From assembly GCA_008690995.1 (NCBI GenBank), contig VRMN01000001.1, positions 1,984,001 through 2,048,000 of the forward strand: DNA of 64,000 bases, given 5' to 3'. Made by a program: the position numbers and the translations under genes. Under the pieces are notes generated by a model. The model searched no databases. It saw nothing but the letters and a program-made list of their open reading frames with translations, and had not been told where the DNA came from. Positions within the stretch are counted from its first letter, which is position 1; each line of letters opens with the position of its first letter. Below are positions 32,843-43,761 of this stretch, one piece after another. The stretch comes from Porphyridium purpureum. Taxonomy: Eukaryota.

Positions 32843-34705
32843 ATGGCGTGCATCTCTGAGGCTTCAAGTGCGGCGTTTGCGCTCGCCTGCAGCGGTGCTG
32901 CTCTGTTTCACCTTGATAAATCGACATGTCGCGCGGTGCGCCCTTCTCTGGCGAATGTCCGAAGAAGCCGCCGGTGCGGACGGGCAAATCTGGCCGCGGG
33001 AAACAGTCGCATAAACATGGTGTTGGAAGAAGACGCCGTGTCGAATACTGACGGCAGTGTCGTCGCAGAGAAACGCGAAATTGAGCGACGACGGAATTTG
33101 GCAGTCATCTCGCACCCGGACAGCGGAAAGACAACATTTACGGAGAAGCTTTTGCTTTATGGAGGCGCCATCAACCAGGCTGGCGCGGTTCGTGCGCGCC
33201 GCAATTCGGCTCAGAAAATGGCTGTGTCGGACTGGATGAAAATGGAACAAGAGCGAGGCATTTCAATCACGTCGACCGTGCTCACCTTTGAGCACAACGG
33301 CATGTGCGTGAACATCCTTGACACCCCGGGCCACAACGACTTCTCAGAGGACACTTTCCGCACACTGGCAGCTGCCGACAACGTAGTTATGCTCATGGAC
33401 GCGGCTAAAGGCCTCGAGCCTCAGACGCGCAAGCTTTTTGAAGTCGCACGCATGCGCCAGCTTCCGCTCATGACGTTCGTGAACAAGATGGACCGACCGG
33501 CCATGAGCCCGTACGAACTTTGCGACCAGATAGAGCTCGAATTTGGAATTCAAACGTGCCCAATGGTGTGGCCAATCGGAGACGGCGAGCGATTTAAAGG
33601 AGTCCTCGAGCGAGATACGCAGCTCGTGCATCTATTCCAGCGCGCGGAGCGCACCAAGAAGGCTACGGCGCAGGCTGTGCTACACATGGAGCGCGACGCG
33701 CATGCACTGCAGGAGCTTTTGGAGCCAGATTTGTGGGAGCAACTGCAAGAAGACCACGCCATTCTTTCGGAGATGGCGCATGCATGGGATCTGGACGCCT
33801 TTCTGAGCGGTGATCTCACACCCGTTTTTTTCGGAAGCGCAATCACCAACTTTGGTGTCGAACTCCTCTTGAAATATTTTCTTCAGTATGGTCGCGCGCC
33901 AGCGCCGCGTGAATTAGCATCAGGTGAGCACATAGAGCCGAACCATTCCGAGTTCACAGGCTTCATTTTTAAGTTGCAGGCGAATATGGACCCAAAGCAT
34001 CGTGACCGCGTCGCGTACATGCGTATCGTGTCGGGCAAGTTTTCACGCGGCATGAAAGTTTCGCATAGTCGCTTGAAGGCCGGCAAACAGCTGACGCTGT
34101 CGCGGCCGAGCAAACTATTTGGGAGTGATCGCGAAATCGTAGAAATTGCGTACCCAGGAGATGTGGTGGGTCTCGCAAATCCGGGGGCATTTGCAATCGG
34201 TGATTCGTTGTACACGGGAAGCTCTCGTATCCGCTTTCCAGCGATTCCGAGTTTCAGCCCGGAGCTGTTTGCGTACGTACAAAACCCTCAGCCTGGCCAG
34301 CGCAAGAATTTTCTGAAAGGTTTGGACCAGCTCCTCCAGGAAGGGGCTGTGCAGATGCTACGAGCGCGTTCAGATCAAGGTATGGAAACACCCATCTTGG
34401 CCGCTGTAGGCCAGCTGCAGTACGAAGTTGTATTGCAGCGCCTGAAGGACGAGTACGGAGTAGACGCAAGGCTGGAGCCATTGCCATATACAATCGCGCG
34501 ATGGGTGGCGCCGCCCGCAGGCTCGAGCACCAGCGCTTGGGATGCTTTAGACTCGTGTGGGAAATTGTACAACGTATTTTACGCGAAGGACGCATACGAG
34601 CGGCCCGTAATTCTGCTCAAGAATGAGTGGAATCTCAACGCGCTTGTAGAAGATCATCCAAAACTCGAGTTGCGCAGCTTTATGTATGCACCAGACGAGG
34701 ATTAA
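32843..34705 (+). CDS. prfC: Peptide chain release factor 3, organelle (plastid)-targeted
   Basis: RRRNLAVISHPDSGKTT, SDWMKMEQERGISITS, DTPGHNDFSEDT, NKMDR and FKLQANMDPKHRDR; transit-peptide-like N-terminus. Confidence 0.96.
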   Translation: MACISEASSAAFALACSGAALFHLDKSTCRAVRPSLANVRRSRRCGRANLAAGNSRINMVLEEDAVSNTDGSVVAEKREIERRRNLAVISHPDSGKTTFTEKLLLYGGAINQAGAVRARRNSAQKMAVSDWMKMEQERGISITSTVLTFEHNGMCVNILDTPGHNDFSEDTFRTLAAADNVVMLMDAAKGLEPQTRKLFEVARMRQLPLMTFVNKMDRPAMSPYELCDQIELEFGIQTCPMVWPIGDGERFKGVLERDTQLVHLFQRAERTKKATAQAVLHMERDAHALQELLEPDLWEQLQEDHAILSEMAHAWDLDAFLSGDLTPVFFGSAITNFGVELLLKYFLQYGRAPAPRELASGEHIEPNHSEFTGFIFKLQANMDPKHRDRVAYMRIVSGKFSRGMKVSHSRLKAGKQLTLSRPSKLFGSDREIVEIAYPGDVVGLANPGAFAIGDSLYTGSSRIRFPAIPSFSPELFAYVQNPQPGQRKNFLKGLDQLLQEGAVQMLRARSDQGMETPILAAVGQLQYEVVLQRLKDEYGVDARLEPLPYTIARWVAPPAGSSTSAWDALDSCGKLYNVFYAKDAYERPVILLKNEWNLNALVEDHPKLELRSFMYAPDED

Positions 34706-34743
34706 AAGTAGATGGTTTACATAAGAGCCCAGCACATCAGCAC

Positions 34744-37167
34744 TCATTGCCCATGTCCTTCTTGGGTCGCCGCGAGTTTCTTCAGGCTCTTGCGCAAGTG
34801 GTCGACCGAGTAAAGATCCACGCCATGCTGGTCTTTTCGGAGCTCCTGCAGAACATATTCGCTAGCAAGTTCCATGCCTTCCTTGTTGCCTATTGAACTG
34901 ATTTGGATGGCTTGCAGGATCTCATCCAGGCGCACCATGCCGTCGTTATCCACGTCCAATAGCTTCAGCTTGATTCCGACTTTCATGTCCACCTTTTCGA
35001 TTTCCTTCTCTAATTTGAGAATCATCTTATTCAGCTTTTTCACCTGGGAGTCGCCCTTGGACTCGTCTAGCTTACCAGTTGCCTCACGGAGCTCAGCTTT
35101 CAGCTGCTCCAGTTCAAGCCGTTCCTGGTTCACTGCGCTCACGTCCATCATGCGCAGCAACATCTGAGCCACCTTTTGTACGTTTTGCTGCGACTCAATG
35201 TTCGACTCAACATCAACGTGTTCTTGCTGTGATGCAGGAGGTTGAGCCTGAAGCTGAGGCGGCAGCGTCGGCGCTTGCTGCTGTTTCTGCGGTGATGATG
35301 GGTACGAAGGCGTCGAGATGCCTTCTTGTGGCGCTGCGGCAGCTTCCGCGGAGTCGCCAAACAGTTGCTTCTCGAGCATTGCCTCCTTTTTAGCAATGTC
35401 AGCTGACTCTTCCCAGGCACCGAATTCTTGGTCAGGTGCCGTCGGTGCTACGCCAGGTTCTGTGACTACTTTTTCTCCCTCAAGCTGTGGAGCACGTCCA
35501 TCCAACCCACCACTTTCTTCCTCACGCTTCATTTTGAGCTCAAGCTCCTGTTGCATTTTTGCCTTCCTTTTCTCTTCTTCTTCTTTTTCGCGAGCTACTT
35601 CAATTTCGACGAGCTTCTCCTGTCTTCTCACCTCCTTCAGACGCTCTTCCGATGACATACTCGACTCGCTTTGTGTAGCACCATGCACGTCATCCAGCAC
35701 GTCCTGCGGCAAAGAACTTAGCGTTTCCTTGAGCGCCTCCTTCGGAAGATCCGTGTAAAACAATGCGCGGCTTATAATCATCAGTGTCGCAGGCACTTCG
35801 CGGTTCTGACTCATCTGGAGCCAGTCACTGAGCTGCGCACGGAGACGACGCTTAGAAACCGATGACGTTCGTATGCCCCGATCCCGGCAGGCTTTCAACA
35901 GCTCGTCTTCGGACAGCGAGTCCACGCCTCCCTCCCACATGATCTGCATATCGTCTTGCTTGATACTCGCCAGTCGCTGCCGCAATCGAATGCGCAAGAA
36001 GGCATCAGATCCGTACGGCTGAATGCCCATGTACTTGCACATGGCGACAAGCTGCGGACGAACTGCCCCTTCGAGAGTGTATTCGTCCGAGAAGAGACGC
36101 GCGAAACGGAACACATCTGTTTCGATCACGGGCTTACCCGCTCGCAGATCGCTCAAGAAGTTAGACAGCTCTGTAGCCTGCGCTTTGACTTGATCGTCCT
36201 TGTTGGAAGAGGTACGAATAACTTTTGCCTTTTCCTCCACGACGTCCTGCAGGTACTTTGCAAGCTCGAGACGCAGCTTCAGCTGTCTTTTCAAGTCCTC
36301 CTCGCGCTTCACACTGTCTTGAAATTGCGACGGCAGCATGTTTGGGAATAGCTTGAGCGCAAAAGGAAGCGCAAATTCCATGAACGGCACAATCAAGAAG
36401 AAGCTGAAGGGGACAAGTCGCGCAAGATCCGCTCCAGTCGACACCAGCAGGTTCCTCTCTCGCCGTGACAGCTGCTTACCTGCGAGCACGCGCTTCACAA
36501 TTTTGTACGACACACGCACGTCCGCCGCAAGGAGTTTCATGCCAGACCATGTGTGCTTGAGGAAGTGAACCAGGTCTGATGGTGCTCGTTTCAGTAAGAT
36601 CCATAGCTTTTTTGGGTCACGCGCTTCTTTCCACGACACCGTTGCTGGATCGATTGGCCCAGCGTGATCCGCCGCGCTTTTCTTTTCGCTTCCTGCGGGC
36701 TCTGTTATGCTAGCTGTTTTCGAGGACGCGACGTTCTCGGCGGCGTTCGGATTCGGTTTCCCGTTCTGCACAGAAGATGACGTCGTACTTGCTGATGCGG
36801 ACGTCGATATCGCTCCCAATTCAGATCGGGCACCTGATGGAGTGCTTTGACCCGGCATACTCGCTTCGGATTTTTGGTCCTGTTCTTCTCGCTGCTGTTG
36901 CTGCTGTTGTTGCAAAAGCGTGCGCACGCTGTTTGTGATCTGACGCTGGTACATACCCTGGTCGAGGAGCTGCATGCGCTCCGCCAGCGCGCGGTTTTTC
37001 GCACACAGAGACCGATATTCACCGAGGACATAACTGGTCGGGCCGCGCTGGCTCACTGATGGCATACACCATATCTCTCGGCGCGCCGTCGCGCCGGCAG
37101 ACAGAGGCGCACGGAGCGTACGCGCGGGACTTAGAATGCCCGCTAGCCTGCTTAGCCTCAGCGACAT
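34744..37167 (-). CDS. LETM1: LETM1/Mdm38 mitochondrial inner-membrane protein with an EF-hand
   Basis: LSRRER..DLARLVPFSFFLIVPFMEFALP..LKLFPNMLPS, ACRDRG, WLQMS..VP; EF-hand DVDNDGMV; presequence-like N-terminus. Confidence 0.95.
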   Translation of the reverse strand: MSLRLSRLAGILSPARTLRAPLSAGATARREIWCMPSVSQRGPTSYVLGEYRSLCAKNRALAERMQLLDQGMYQRQITNSVRTLLQQQQQQQREEQDQKSEASMPGQSTPSGARSELGAISTSASASTTSSSVQNGKPNPNAAENVASSKTASITEPAGSEKKSAADHAGPIDPATVSWKEARDPKKLWILLKRAPSDLVHFLKHTWSGMKLLAADVRVSYKIVKRVLAGKQLSRRERNLLVSTGADLARLVPFSFFLIVPFMEFALPFALKLFPNMLPSQFQDSVKREEDLKRQLKLRLELAKYLQDVVEEKAKVIRTSSNKDDQVKAQATELSNFLSDLRAGKPVIETDVFRFARLFSDEYTLEGAVRPQLVAMCKYMGIQPYGSDAFLRIRLRQRLASIKQDDMQIMWEGGVDSLSEDELLKACRDRGIRTSSVSKRRLRAQLSDWLQMSQNREVPATLMIISRALFYTDLPKEALKETLSSLPQDVLDDVHGATQSESSMSSEERLKEVRRQEKLVEIEVAREKEEEEKRKAKMQQELELKMKREEESGGLDGRAPQLEGEKVVTEPGVAPTAPDQEFGAWEESADIAKKEAMLEKQLFGDSAEAAAAPQEGISTPSYPSSPQKQQQAPTLPPQLQAQPPASQQEHVDVESNIESQQNVQKVAQMLLRMMDVSAVNQERLELEQLKAELREATGKLDESKGDSQVKKLNKMILKLEKEIEKVDMKVGIKLKLLDVDNDGMVRLDEILQAIQISSIGNKEGMELASEYVLQELRKDQHGVDLYSVDHLRKSLKKLAATQEGHGQ

Positions 37168-37717
37168 CGCGATGGAAGTCTACGGCCGCTGACGATGGCA
37201 CGAAGCGCTGCAGAGCCAGTTCTTTTGAGCCCGCTCCGCACACTGAGGGGCAGCGCCGCGATAGAGCGGGGGGAGCCCCTGTGCCGCTCCCTTCGGTGCG
37301 TGCGCCCGGAAATCACTTCTCACCGTTTCCACGCGCCCGCTTTTGCTCCGCGTCAGGCACGACTGAATGGTTCCGCACGTCATCTGTCGCTCCCTTCACC
37401 ACAAGCTCTGTGACACCAGTCACGCAGAGCACTCAGTGGGGTGACAACCCTAAAAGTTGGAACGGCCTGTGCCTGTAGGACGAGACGAGAGACCGGACAA
37501 AATCGAGAAAGTCGTTTTATTCCGAGATACGCAGCAGCGCATAGCTCGCAAGTGACACCCTGAAACGCGCGCACTGCCAGCTTGGCTATCGTGCGACAAT
37601 GTGAGACACGCCTAGTGAAATGCGGATCAGGACACACAAAACGACCCACGAGGCAACAAAGGCCAGCTAAACACAAAACAACGAAGAAACGGAAAAGGAT
37701 CAGTGTGGGCGTGTGCC

Positions 37718-38365
37718 TTATTCCGGTTGCTTCTCCCCTGCAAGCTTGACGGCACGGGCGACCTTGACGGCCGGCGCATTGATGGCACGCGCAACCTTGG
37801 TGTTGACCTGGTTGATACCCACCGCAATCTGCTGGTAAAGCTCCTGTTTTGTCGGCAGCTTGGAGAGTGCCACAATGCCATCGGCGTCGTATGCCTCGCC
37901 GCCAAAGACGCCTCCGTTGATTGCGTTCGTGTCGGCCTTCTTGGACGTTTTCAGAAAGCCGGTGATGCCCTCCACGGTGCCGCGCACACTCTCCTCCGGG
38001 ATGAACACCCACAGGTTATGACCCTTGGTCAGCTCGCTTCCAGATTCCAGAACGGAGTACTCTGTGTCTGCGACGGCGCGCTTGACGATCGTGTTCTTGA
38101 CGCAGCGCACCGTGACGCCTTCCGGCACCGCGGCCTTCAGCTCGTTGACCTGCTTGACCGTGAGCCCCTCCAGCGGCAGCGAGAGCACCATGGTGCTTTG
38201 CTGCATGGTCGCACTCACCTCGCTCACCAACTTGGACTTCTTCTCCAACGCCGAGGCGCACGCCATCCGCACCACCGAGCGCGCGCACGTCGCCCTTCTC
38301 TGCGCGGCCGCCGCCCGCGCACCTCCTACCACGCCCGCTCCATTCGCGCTCACAAAACCAGCCAT
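37718..38365 (-). CDS. rplJ: Plastid 50S ribosomal protein L10 (uL10c), nucleus-encoded
   Basis: KKSKLVSEV, GLTVKQVNELK, VKNTIVKRA and LSKLPTKQEL; transit peptide MAGFVS.. at ATG 38365. Confidence 0.92.
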   Translation of the reverse strand: MAGFVSANGAGVVGGARAAAAQRRATCARSVVRMACASALEKKSKLVSEVSATMQQSTMVLSLPLEGLTVKQVNELKAAVPEGVTVRCVKNTIVKRAVADTEYSVLESGSELTKGHNLWVFIPEESVRGTVEGITGFLKTSKKADTNAINGGVFGGEAYDADGIVALSKLPTKQELYQQIAVGINQVNTKVARAINAPAVKVARAVKLAGEKQPE

Positions 38366-38518
38366 CTCTCCTTCTCTCTCTCCCCCTCCCCTTCTCCCTC
38401 CCCCGTTCCCTCTCCTCCCTCTCACCGCCCAAGCCCTCGCTTCACCCCACTCCAATCTGGCCCCCATGTCACAAGAGCTCATTCAATCACACCACCGCCA
38501 TTTCCACGACTACCCTTT

Positions 38519-38554
38519 ACCACTACTACTACTACTACCACTACTCCTACTACT
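38519..38554. repeat. Imperfect (CTA)n trinucleotide repeat within a G-poor low-complexity tract
   Basis: cactactactactactaccactactcctactact. Confidence 0.85.
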
Positions 38555-39443
38555 GTTCCTAATAAAAACCATCTAACTGCATAGAAAACACACCGCTTCT
38601 CTCTCAACCCACGCGGGGGTTCCCGTCGCCGACGACTCCCCGCCTTCTTCCCTCTTCCTCCCCTAGCTCCCCCCTCCCTCCCTCCCCATCCACCTTTTCA
38701 CCTTTTCACCTTGTTCCTTTAAGAAACAAAAAAAAAACCCTTCTAGCCTCTCCACCTCCTTCTTCAGTATTTAAGCCTACTACGTTGCTGTACAACCCTT
38801 GTACTAAACATGCGATGCAATTCACATTACATCGTCATCCTCCTCTTCTTTTGTCCTCGTGTGTGTGTGTGTGTCCTGTACTTTGTTGAACGCAGCAACG
38901 GTGAGTTGATTGTACTCACGTGCTTGTGGGTACAGCGGTTTGGGGCGCTCGGGCGCTCCGGTTCCTCATGCGCGCTGCTTCCACCATCTACGGCAGGTCC
39001 AACGCCGGTCGGAAACGGTTGCGGTTGTGGTTGCGGTTTGGGATTTGGCCGCTTTGGATGGGGTTTCTGGTGGGGAGGGGGGCGGGAATGCGAAAGCTCG
39101 GTTGTGCAGCGAGCAGGAGCGCGTGAGCCAGAGCTGGCTCCAACGCCGCACGCACGTTGCGCGCCGCAAACGCTCGGAATGGATGGTTCTGCTTCAGACA
39201 CCCGTGCGCGCGCACGTGGACGCCGCGCACGTTGGCCGAAACGGCAGCGACAGAGCGCCACGCATCATAGCAGACCTGACAGGATTTCTCCCGCGCCACC
39301 CTGGCCAGACAGCTTGCGTATAAGTAGCCGTGAGATTTCTTCTTGTTCAGCGGGAGGTCTGAGAACGTGAAGGATACTGCAGTGGAGTGCAGGTCGGGTT
39401 GCTACGAGATACGGTCAAGGTGAGCAGGCGTTGGAACTGCAGA

Positions 39444-41487
39444 ATGGAAGGCGCGCACATCATAGAAGTGCAAGGCCTGGGTGACGCCGTCCAGCCCAGT
39501 GGCACGGACCTCGGCGCGCCAGGCAAAGTCGCAAAGAGCGGAAGTAGTGAAAGCGACCAGTCGCAGTGGTTTGGCACACAAGCGCCGCAGAAAGCTGGCA
39601 TCGACTTTGATCCATACTTCACGGAACATGATGATATCGAAGCGCAGCGCCACGACGAGACATCGTTCACAGAGCGTCGCCGAGTTGATTTGCACTGGAA
39701 GGACTTGCGCTTCGACGTCGGAATCAAGCGCAAGCTCGGCGGCAAGGTGGACGACTCGAACCGCAAGACAATTCTCAGGGGCATTTCAGGCGAGGTGCGA
39801 GCGGGCACCATGCTGGCCATCATGGGCAGTTCGGGCGCTGGCAAGACAACGCTCCTCAATTTGCTGGCGGGTCGGCTGACGAGCAGCAAGGACTATGAAG
39901 TCTCAGGCGAGATCTTGGTGAACGGCGCCAAGCGCAACCCATCCACATTTAAGCGGCAGTCGGCGTACGTCGAGCAGGAAGATAAGATCTTTGCCGAAGT
40001 GACCGTGTACGAGCAGCTCAAGTTTGCCGCCGACTTGCGTCTTCCCAAAAAGATGCCTTCGGACGTCAAGGAGCAGCGCGTGCTGAGCACGATTCAGGAA
40101 CTCGGCTTGATGAAGGTCAAGGACTCGTATGTGGGCGGCGAGCAGGTGCGCGGCGTGTCTGGCGGCGAGAAGAAGCGAGTGAACGTGGGAACCGAGCTTG
40201 TGACAGACCCGTCGCTGCTGTTCCTTGACGAGCCGACGTCCGGGCTTGACAGCTTCAACGCGCTGAACGTGATGTACACGCTGCGCAAACTGGCGTCGAA
40301 CGGGCGCACGATTGTGACCACGATTCACCAGCCGCGCTCGAACATCTTTTCGATGTTTGACTACTTTTGCCTGCTAGCGGAGGGGCAGGTGATGTTCTTC
40401 GGGCCGGCGCAGGACGCGGTCGAGTACTTTGCGAGGCTGCACTTCCGGTGCCCGGAACGGTTCAACCCGGCGGACTATTTCGTGGACCTGGTTTCGGTGG
40501 ACCCGCGTTATCCCGCAGGCCGAGGGCAAGTCGCGCGCGCGCATCGAATACTTTGCGGAGGAGTTTGAAGAGACCAAGAAAACCATTGATGCGGACTTCA
40601 GCAAAGTAGAGTCGACAGTATCTTCTGACACGGCGAAGAGCAAGTTTGCGTCAAGCTGGACTTACGAATTTGGCAAGGTGCTGAAGAGACAGTGGCAATT
40701 GACAACGCGGGAGCGCGTCGCTAATACTGCGCGCATTGGGCAGACGGTCTTTTTCGCCATCTTGTTGGGTCTCATTTGGCTGAACAATGGCCGGGTCGAT
40801 TGGAGCGATCCTGATGTTGCCAGTTCACAAGCATTTAACATTGGGGGCGTAATCTTCTTCACTGTCGTGAATCAAGCGTTTTCGGGTATCTTCAACGTAC
40901 TGTTCGTCTATCCACTCGAGCGAAACGTCGTGCTCAAGGAGCGTGCGTCCGGCACGTACCGCGTTTCCACCTACACCTTTGCTCGCATGGTAGCCGACCT
41001 ACCCCGGTCCTTGTTCCAGGATATCTTTTTCGTGTCGGTCTTGTACTGGATGGTCGGACTTCGCGCTGACGTAGGCGCCTTTTTCCTGATGTGTTATATT
41101 GTGCTGATGGTCGCGATGATCACAGAGGGCTTCACGTTCGCGCTCATGACTGTGTTTCCGGATCCGCAGGCTGCTGCGGCTCTGGCGCCGGTTTACGTCA
41201 TCCTCTCTATGTTGTTCGGCGGGTTCTTGATTGACGTGGAAAGCATTCCGGCCGCAGTGGCGTGGATACGATGGGTGTCATTTGTGAACTATGCATTTGG
41301 CGCGGCTATGCAGAACCAATTTGGATGTGGCCCAGAATGCGGTGAGCAAATCCTCTCGAGTCCGTTCCAGGTTGAAATCAGTCTTACGGCTGGTTGCCTT
41401 GCGCTGCTTGGATTTAATGTTTTCTTCCGTGTCCTGTGGTACGTCATCTTGCGCGTGAACGGTCCGAAGCTCGCCAAGGCGTTGTAG
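39444..41487 (+). pseudogene. ABCG (White-type) half transporter copy A, with a +1 frameshift at about 40509-40511 (real or assembly error)
   Basis: Walker A GSSGAGKTT, signature VSGGEKKR and LDEPTSGLD in ORF 39387-40568; TMD in ORF 40429-41487. CGTTATCCCG here versus CGTAACCCG in the paralog. Confidence 0.8.
39771..40604. repeat. Inverted repeat arm 1 (about 830 bp, ABCG NBD; partner 42590-43422)
   Basis: Near-identical reverse complement; the translated NBDs are almost residue-for-residue identical. Confidence 0.93.
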
Positions 41488-41709
41488 TATTGTGAAAGAA
41501 ATTATTCATTTGACAGGTAAACGCCTTGTGGACACGTGATCGTACCGATATTATCGTGCGAAACAAGAATGTTTAGACGATGACACACCGTGCCTAAGGT
41601 CGCTAACGTCCCACACATAGATGAAAGAACAGTCGCAGAGATAATCAACTAGACAAGCAGGACAGTTTTACCAGAATTTATCGCTCCCACGACACGTCGT
41701 AATTGTCAC

Positions 41710-43761
41710 TTACAGCTCAGACGCGAGCTTGGGACCCGTGAGTCTCAGAATGGTGTACCACAAGACACGGAAAAACACGTAAAAGCCGAGCAACGCAAGA
41801 CAACCTGTGGCAAGCGAAATCTCGACGGTAAATGGGTCGGTGAGCAGAGCCTCCCCACATTCTGGGCCACATCCAAACTGGTTGATAATCAGGGTTTGAA
41901 ATGCATAGTTGATAAAGCTCACCCAGCGGATCCAACTGATCCAATCGTATATGGCGTCCGGATTGATGAGAAATCCACCGAAGAGCATAGACAAAATAAT
42001 GAATACAGGCACAATGGCACTGGCCGCCTGCGGATCGGGCAAGACAGTACTGATGCAGAATGTGAGGCCCTCGGCAATGTTTTGCGTCATGAACACCACG
42101 TACAGCATAACGAAAAAGGGTCCAGCTTCCGAGCGGAAACCAACCATGAAGTAAATGATCACAACGAATAGCAGAACTTGTAAAAGTGTGCGCGGAAAGT
42201 CAGCCGTCATTCGAGCCAACACATATGCAGACACGCGATACGTGCCAGACGCACGCTCTTTCAGAACAACACTCCGCTCAAGAGGATAAACAAACAGCAC
42301 GTTAAAAACGCCTGCAAACGCCTGGTTGATAGAAATGAAGAATACAATGCCACCAATATTGAAAGCTTCCTGACTCGCAACCACTGGATTGCCCCAGTCG
42401 ATTCGACCATTGTTCAGCCAAATCAGGCCCAGGAGAACAGAGAAAAATATTGTCTGGCCGAAGCGCGCGGTGTTCGCAATTTTCTCTCGCGTATTTAACT
42501 TCCACACCCGCCCTGTGAGTTTCGAGTACTCATGGAACCAATTCGATGCGTATTTGCTCTGATGCTCTTGCTGCACCGTTGAATCGACCTTGCTGAACTC
42601 CGCATCAATGGTTTTCTTGGTCTCTTCAAACTCCTCCGCAAAGTATTCGATGCGCGCGCGCGACTTGCCCTCGGCCTGCGGGTTACGCGGGTCCACCGAA
42701 ACCAGGTCCACGAAATAGTCCGCCGGGTTGAACCGTTCCGGGCACCGGAAGTGCAGCCTCGCAAAGTACTCGACCGCGTCCTGCGCCGGCCCGAAGAACA
42801 TCACCTGCCCCTCCGCTAGCAGGCAAAAGTAGTCAAACATCGAAAAGATGTTCGAGCGCGGCTGGTGAATCGTGGTCACAATCGTGCGCCCGTTCGACGC
42901 CAGTTTGCGCAGCGTGTACATCACGTTCAGCGCGTTGAAGCTGTCAAGCCCGGACGTCGGCTCGTCAAGGAACAGCAGCGACGGGTCTGTCACAAGCTCG
43001 GTTCCCACGTTCACTCGCTTCTTCTCGCCGCCAGACACGCCGCGCACCTGCTCGCCGCCCACATACGAGTCCTTGACCTTCATCAAGCCGAGTTCCTGAA
43101 TCGTGCTCAGCACGCGCTGCTCCTTGACGTCCGAAGGCATCTTTTTGGGCAGTCGCAAGTCGGCGGCAAACTTGAGCTGCTCGTACACGGTCACTTCGGC
43201 AAAGATCTTATCTTCCTGCTCGACGTACGCCGACTGCCGCTTAAATGTGGATGGGTTGCGCTTGGCGCCGTTCACCAAAATCTCGCCTGAGACTTCATAG
43301 TCCTTGCTGCTCGTCAGCCTACCGGCAAGCATGTTGAGGAGCGTTGTCTTGCCAGCGCCCGAACTGCCCATGATGGCCAGCATGGTGCCCGCTCGCACCT
43401 CGCCTGAAATGCCCCTGAGAATGGCCTTTCGATTTGAGTCGTCTGTTTTCCCGAGTTTTTTGTGCTTCACGCCTACATCAAACGACAGGTGCCGCCAGCG
43501 CAAGTCCACTCGGCGGCGTTCCGTGAACGACGTCTGCCCGTGCTTCTCGCCGTCCTCTCCCAAGTCCAGCTCTGCAGTTTCCGTGAAGAACGGGTCAAAT
43601 TCCAGCCCTTTCGTGCCTTGCATATCCGTCGGAGCCTCGACATCCTCGAGCATCACATCCGAAGCGCGCTCACCTCCATTCCACGCCATGGCTTTCGCAT
43701 CCGCGCCGGCATTCGCCTGTGCTTCCGCGGCCGCCACACTCGCATACGCCGCTGCGTCCAT
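41710..43761 (-). CDS. ABCG (White-type) half transporter copy B, intact
   Basis: NBD-TMD order; GSSGAGKTT, VSGGEKKR, TIHQP, NPADY and ER.V..KERASG.Y. Confidence 0.96.
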   Translation of the reverse strand: MDAAAYASVAAAEAQANAGADAKAMAWNGGERASDVMLEDVEAPTDMQGTKGLEFDPFFTETAELDLGEDGEKHGQTSFTERRRVDLRWRHLSFDVGVKHKKLGKTDDSNRKAILRGISGEVRAGTMLAIMGSSGAGKTTLLNMLAGRLTSSKDYEVSGEILVNGAKRNPSTFKRQSAYVEQEDKIFAEVTVYEQLKFAADLRLPKKMPSDVKEQRVLSTIQELGLMKVKDSYVGGEQVRGVSGGEKKRVNVGTELVTDPSLLFLDEPTSGLDSFNALNVMYTLRKLASNGRTIVTTIHQPRSNIFSMFDYFCLLAEGQVMFFGPAQDAVEYFARLHFRCPERFNPADYFVDLVSVDPRNPQAEGKSRARIEYFAEEFEETKKTIDAEFSKVDSTVQQEHQSKYASNWFHEYSKLTGRVWKLNTREKIANTARFGQTIFFSVLLGLIWLNNGRIDWGNPVVASQEAFNIGGIVFFISINQAFAGVFNVLFVYPLERSVVLKERASGTYRVSAYVLARMTADFPRTLLQVLLFVVIIYFMVGFRSEAGPFFVMLYVVFMTQNIAEGLTFCISTVLPDPQAASAIVPVFIILSMLFGGFLINPDAIYDWISWIRWVSFINYAFQTLIINQFGCGPECGEALLTDPFTVEISLATGCLALLGFYVFFRVLWYTILRLTGPKLASEL
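42590..43422. repeat. Inverted repeat arm 2
   Basis: Reverse complement of 39771-40604. Confidence 0.93.

Noticed and set aside
16560..43761. A single bacterial island or contaminant spanning Hcp, the acyltransferases and the ABC transporters, or a complete T6SS
   Set aside because: The region is interleaved with core eukaryotic genes (CNOT11, VTI1, LETM1), the ABCGs are eukaryote-type, there is no operon structure, and no other T6SS components are seen.
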